64,000 bases of DNA, from the NCBI GenBank assembly GCA_963791045.1, contig CAWBQK010000006.1, positions 160,001 through 224,000 on the forward strand, given 5' to 3'. Shown here piece by piece: positions 58,697 to 64,000 of the stretch. Source of the stretch: Candidatus Latescibacterota bacterium. Lineage in GTDB: Bacteria; Krumholzibacteriota; Krumholzibacteriia; WVZY01. Both the position numbers and the translations under genes were made by a program. Every line of letters begins with the position of its first letter. Position 1 is the stretch's first letter. The notes under the pieces were generated by a model. That model worked only from the letters and a program-made list of their open reading frames with translations. It had not been told where the DNA came from and did no database searches.

Positions 58697-59398
58697 TTAC
58701 GGCTTTCTTGCTCTTATCGCAATGTAATCCCCTCGGTCGTATCCTTCGACCGGGGCCTCGGGCTCGTCATTCGAGAACTTCGGGTGACGGGTTAGCGTCT
58801 GGGCAAATTCGAGATCCACAAAACCAGTCAATTCGAGAAGACGAATCTTTTCTTCGGTCGGGCGCCACCGGGCCGCCGAAGCAAACTCGATCGGGTACGG
58901 ATGCTCGGGTGCAAGAACTTTCAATGACTCATCGTCCCACGTGCCGATGAGCGCGGCGAGCCGATAGAGTAGCCCGTACGAACTTTCGGCGGGGACGTCG
59001 GCGACGATGATCGACCCGCCGGTTTTGAGAACACGAAACGCTTCTCTGAACGCTTTTTCGAGATCCTCGATGTATCCCGGTGTTCCGTTCTGCAAAACGA
59101 CTTCGAACTCACCGTCATCGAAAGGAAGGTCCTCCGCCTGTCCGATCTTGACCGTCATTCCGCGTTTGCGGGCAATCTCGGCAAAGTTCTCCGCCGGTTC
59201 CAGGCCGTCACGGATGTCGATGTTGTGTTCGTTGCGCAGAATGTGTTCAAAAAGACCGCTCCCGCATCCGACACTCAATGTTCGTCCCGGGATCGTTAGA
59301 AAATGTTTGATAAGAAGAACTTCGGATTCGAGAACACTCGTGTTTTTTAAAAACCACGAATCGTAATGTTCGGCGTATTCGTCAAAAACTCTTGCCAT
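58697..59398 (-). CDS. Class I SAM-dependent methyltransferase
   Basis: FDEYAEHYDSWF, VGCGSG, AEDLPFDD, EAFRVLKTGG; GGAG before ATG 59398. Confidence 0.9.
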   Translation of the reverse strand: MARVFDEYAEHYDSWFLKNTSVLESEVLLIKHFLTIPGRTLSVGCGSGLFEHILRNEHNIDIRDGLEPAENFAEIARKRGMTVKIGQAEDLPFDDGEFEVVLQNGTPGYIEDLEKAFREAFRVLKTGGSIIVADVPAESSYGLLYRLAALIGTWDDESLKVLAPEHPYPIEFASAARWRPTEEKIRLLELTGFVDLEFAQTLTRHPKFSNDEPEAPVEGYDRGDYIAIRARKP

Positions 59399-59517
59399 CT
59401 GACTTTGTTCTCCCGTGTGATAGTTGTTGAATGGACCACGGTTCTGACCGGACAAAGAATCGGCCCCAGCCGTGGATGGCTGAGGCCGAATACGATACCA
59501 CACGTCGGGCGAACCGT

Positions 59518-61299
59518 CTACTCGGCCTCTTCCGCCGCTTGCGGCGCCCGGCGAACGACAAGAAGGTCGTAAAGCCATAGAACGACTGCGGTTGCGATTC
59601 CGATCGCACCGAATATCAACCACATCTTCCCGGGCTGCTGGAGATCGCGGCCGTAGTGACCGTACATCTGCCCGGAGAGGATGCCGGCAAAGAGATTGCC
59701 GAGCGCGATCGCAACGAAGTAATACCCCATGTACATCGCCGTCTTCGCCTTGGGCGCGATCCGCGCGACATATTCCTGGCTCTTGGGGCTCGCCATCATT
59801 TCGCCAATGGCAAAGATAAAGATCGCGAGCACCACGATCCAACCCATCTCTCCGTATACGCCCATACCCATTCCGATCCCGGTGAGGATCGTTCCGACTA
59901 TCATGGTCGTGAACGGCTTCCACTTTGCACAGATCGCCGAGATTACAACCTGAAACGCGACGATCGCTCCGGCGTCGATATTCACAAGGAATTCGGGGTT
60001 GATCTGGTAGCCCGACGCCATCGAAGTGCGAATTCCATCCGCCCAGCCGTTGAGACCGAGCGCCGCACACACACCGGCAAGCCAGGTGAGGATGTCATGT
60101 GTGTTGGTGTAATCGCGGATGTACTCGGGCATCGTGATAAAGAGCTGGTTGAACTCGGTCCAGAACCCGGAAAGGATGACGAGATAGAGGACAAATCGCC
60201 AGTCGCCAATCTGCGCGGGCTGCCACAGCCCTTCCGAGAAGCTCTTCTTTTTTAAGTAGAGATAATCGACGGCGAGATTCCCAAGAATGAGGACGGCGCT
60301 GAGAATCAAACAATGCGTCCATGTGATCCAGTTCCCGCCGGCGAGCATGAGAATGAAGATCGATCCCATCGCCATGATAAAGAAACCGCCGTTACCGAGC
60401 ACTTCGACGATGTCCTCACCCGTTTTCTTGAGAAGAAGTTTGACATCGACGGGGACGACCGCATAAAGAAGGCGAATAAAAACCGATACAAGAGAAATCC
60501 CGCCAAGCGCGATAGCCGTTGGTATCCAGCCGAGAAGAAGGGCCGCGACGGCGAACGTGGGAAGAAGCCGAAGCGACGCGGCGCAAAACTGCGGCGGATC
60601 CCGGCGCTCGAGCTTTTCGAGGTGTCCCGTTTCTGCCAGTCGGGCTTTGGCTTCTTTGAGTTCCTCTTCGAGCGCCGATGTGCGGCCTTCCGGTTCTTTA
60701 TAGAACAGGAAGAGCCAGAGGAAGTTGAATGCGATCCAGATCGCACTCATGTTGAACACCCAGGTCCAGCCAAGCTTGTTGCGGACAATACCCGCGACGA
60801 TGGGACCGGCAAAACCACCGATGTTGACCATCATGTAAAAAATACCAAACCCCATCGCCTTGTTCTTCGATGTAGTCGCGTGACTGACCGTTCCGACAAC
60901 GACCGGTTTGAATGTCGCCGCGCCGACCGCGACGAGCATGAAGGTAAAGAAGAACCCCCAAAATCCGCCCGGCTGACCCATGAGCCAGTAACTGGGGGTC
61001 ATAATGAGGTATGCGACGAAAAACGTTTTCTTGAATCCGAACTTGTCGCCCAGCGCTCCGGTTACGACGGGGAAGAGATACAAGAGAAACGGAATGATTC
61101 CCTGGATGATACCTCTCTGTTCGCTGGTAAGCCCCAGGCCGCCTTCGGTGACCGAACCGGTGATGTAGAGAGACGACACGGCGTAGAATCCATACCACGC
61201 CATCCGTTCGAAAATCTCCATCAGGTTTGCGATCCAAAATGTCGGAGGAAAACCCTTTTGGTTCGCGGCCATTGGTGTGGAACCGCCCATGGGTAGCAT
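59518..61299 (-). CDS. MFS transporter, POT/PTR peptide transporter-like
   Basis: MEIFERMAWYG (ExxER), FKP, FYMMVNIG, GEMMASP; extra central hydrophobic segment. Confidence 0.88.
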   Translation of the reverse strand: MLPMGGSTPMAANQKGFPPTFWIANLMEIFERMAWYGFYAVSSLYITGSVTEGGLGLTSEQRGIIQGIIPFLLYLFPVVTGALGDKFGFKKTFFVAYLIMTPSYWLMGQPGGFWGFFFTFMLVAVGAATFKPVVVGTVSHATTSKNKAMGFGIFYMMVNIGGFAGPIVAGIVRNKLGWTWVFNMSAIWIAFNFLWLFLFYKEPEGRTSALEEELKEAKARLAETGHLEKLERRDPPQFCAASLRLLPTFAVAALLLGWIPTAIALGGISLVSVFIRLLYAVVPVDVKLLLKKTGEDIVEVLGNGGFFIMAMGSIFILMLAGGNWITWTHCLILSAVLILGNLAVDYLYLKKKSFSEGLWQPAQIGDWRFVLYLVILSGFWTEFNQLFITMPEYIRDYTNTHDILTWLAGVCAALGLNGWADGIRTSMASGYQINPEFLVNIDAGAIVAFQVVISAICAKWKPFTTMIVGTILTGIGMGMGVYGEMGWIVVLAIFIFAIGEMMASPKSQEYVARIAPKAKTAMYMGYYFVAIALGNLFAGILSGQMYGHYGRDLQQPGKMWLIFGAIGIATAVVLWLYDLLVVRRAPQAAEEAE

Positions 61300-61543
61300 G
61301 TGATCTCCCCTCGAGTTGGATGCTGGGTGATGCCGCCGGGTGGGATGAACGGCGGCAGGGAATAACTTTTCAAATCGGAAGGCAACTCAAAAATCAAACC
61401 GGGTTGGCGGGTAAGGGTGCGCCCATAACGCAACCACTTGTCTCAGTACGCGCGCCGGTCGACGATGCTTCACGTCGTCAACCCGGCGCACCCCTCACGG
61501 CCTGTCGGTGCATAGTCCCCACTATAATGAATCACACCGTTTG

Positions 61544-63847
<2,304 letters not shown>

Positions 63848-64000
63848 TGCGACCTCCTGAGTGGAACAAAAGAAATAATATTCACGTATTCTATCGAATA
63901 AGTTATAGAATTCCAAACTATTTAAGGGTGTCGGATGATGGATCAGTCCGGGCAATACGGGCTTTTCATATGATGGGGTGAGATGATAGAATTCATGTCC

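Noticed and set aside
59399-60070. Long N-terminal extension of the methyltransferase ORF
   Set aside because: Overlaps the MFS gene in another frame; recognisable sequence and an RBS begin at ATG 59398.
61452-61489. Hairpin downstream of the S46 gene as a terminator or ncRNA
   Set aside because: Imperfect stem with no U-tract on the relevant strand; insufficient support.

Overview
GC-rich bacterial chromosomal window with about 50 CDSs; no rRNA, tRNA, CRISPR array or transposase was seen. The mix of a sigma54 activator, Hanks kinase/FHA signalling, TPR proteins, many exported peptidases and a GT9 glycosyltransferase suggests a diderm such as an FCB-associated candidate lineage (inference only). 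Order: partial GT-C (STT3/DPY19-like) membrane glycosyltransferase; Nif3; a 1544-aa sigma54 enhancer-binding protein (bEBP) with degenerate kinase-like and STAND-like input domains; zinc-ribbon protein; PTS EIIA; rsgA; GT9; an FHA-phosphatase-Ser/Thr kinase operon; a cold-shock protein; two TPR proteins; queC-DUF366-[long hairpin]-queE; M50 protease; FN3 lipoprotein; HU, ltaE, rsmI, CDP-alcohol transferase, tmk; an indel-rich block (S41 protease, MtnX-like phosphatase, hydrolase, dusB, larB, larC); LysM-TPR lipoprotein; ECF ATPase; an AT-rich esterase flanked by inverted repeats; S9, C69, S12 and S46 peptidases; a convergent GT4-toroid and pseudo-GT-GH130 pair; an ACP-acyl-AMP ligase-PlsC fusion; transporters. 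The most notable signals are five near-consensus sigma54 promoters suggesting a local regulon beside the giant activator, the queC-DUF366-queE cluster lacking queD with a ~120-nt hairpin in the gap, a two-copy MITE/REP-like element, and the cassette-like AT-rich gene. The clustered frameshifts (26.4-32.8 kb, 42.5-48.3 kb) are most likely sequencing or assembly errors.
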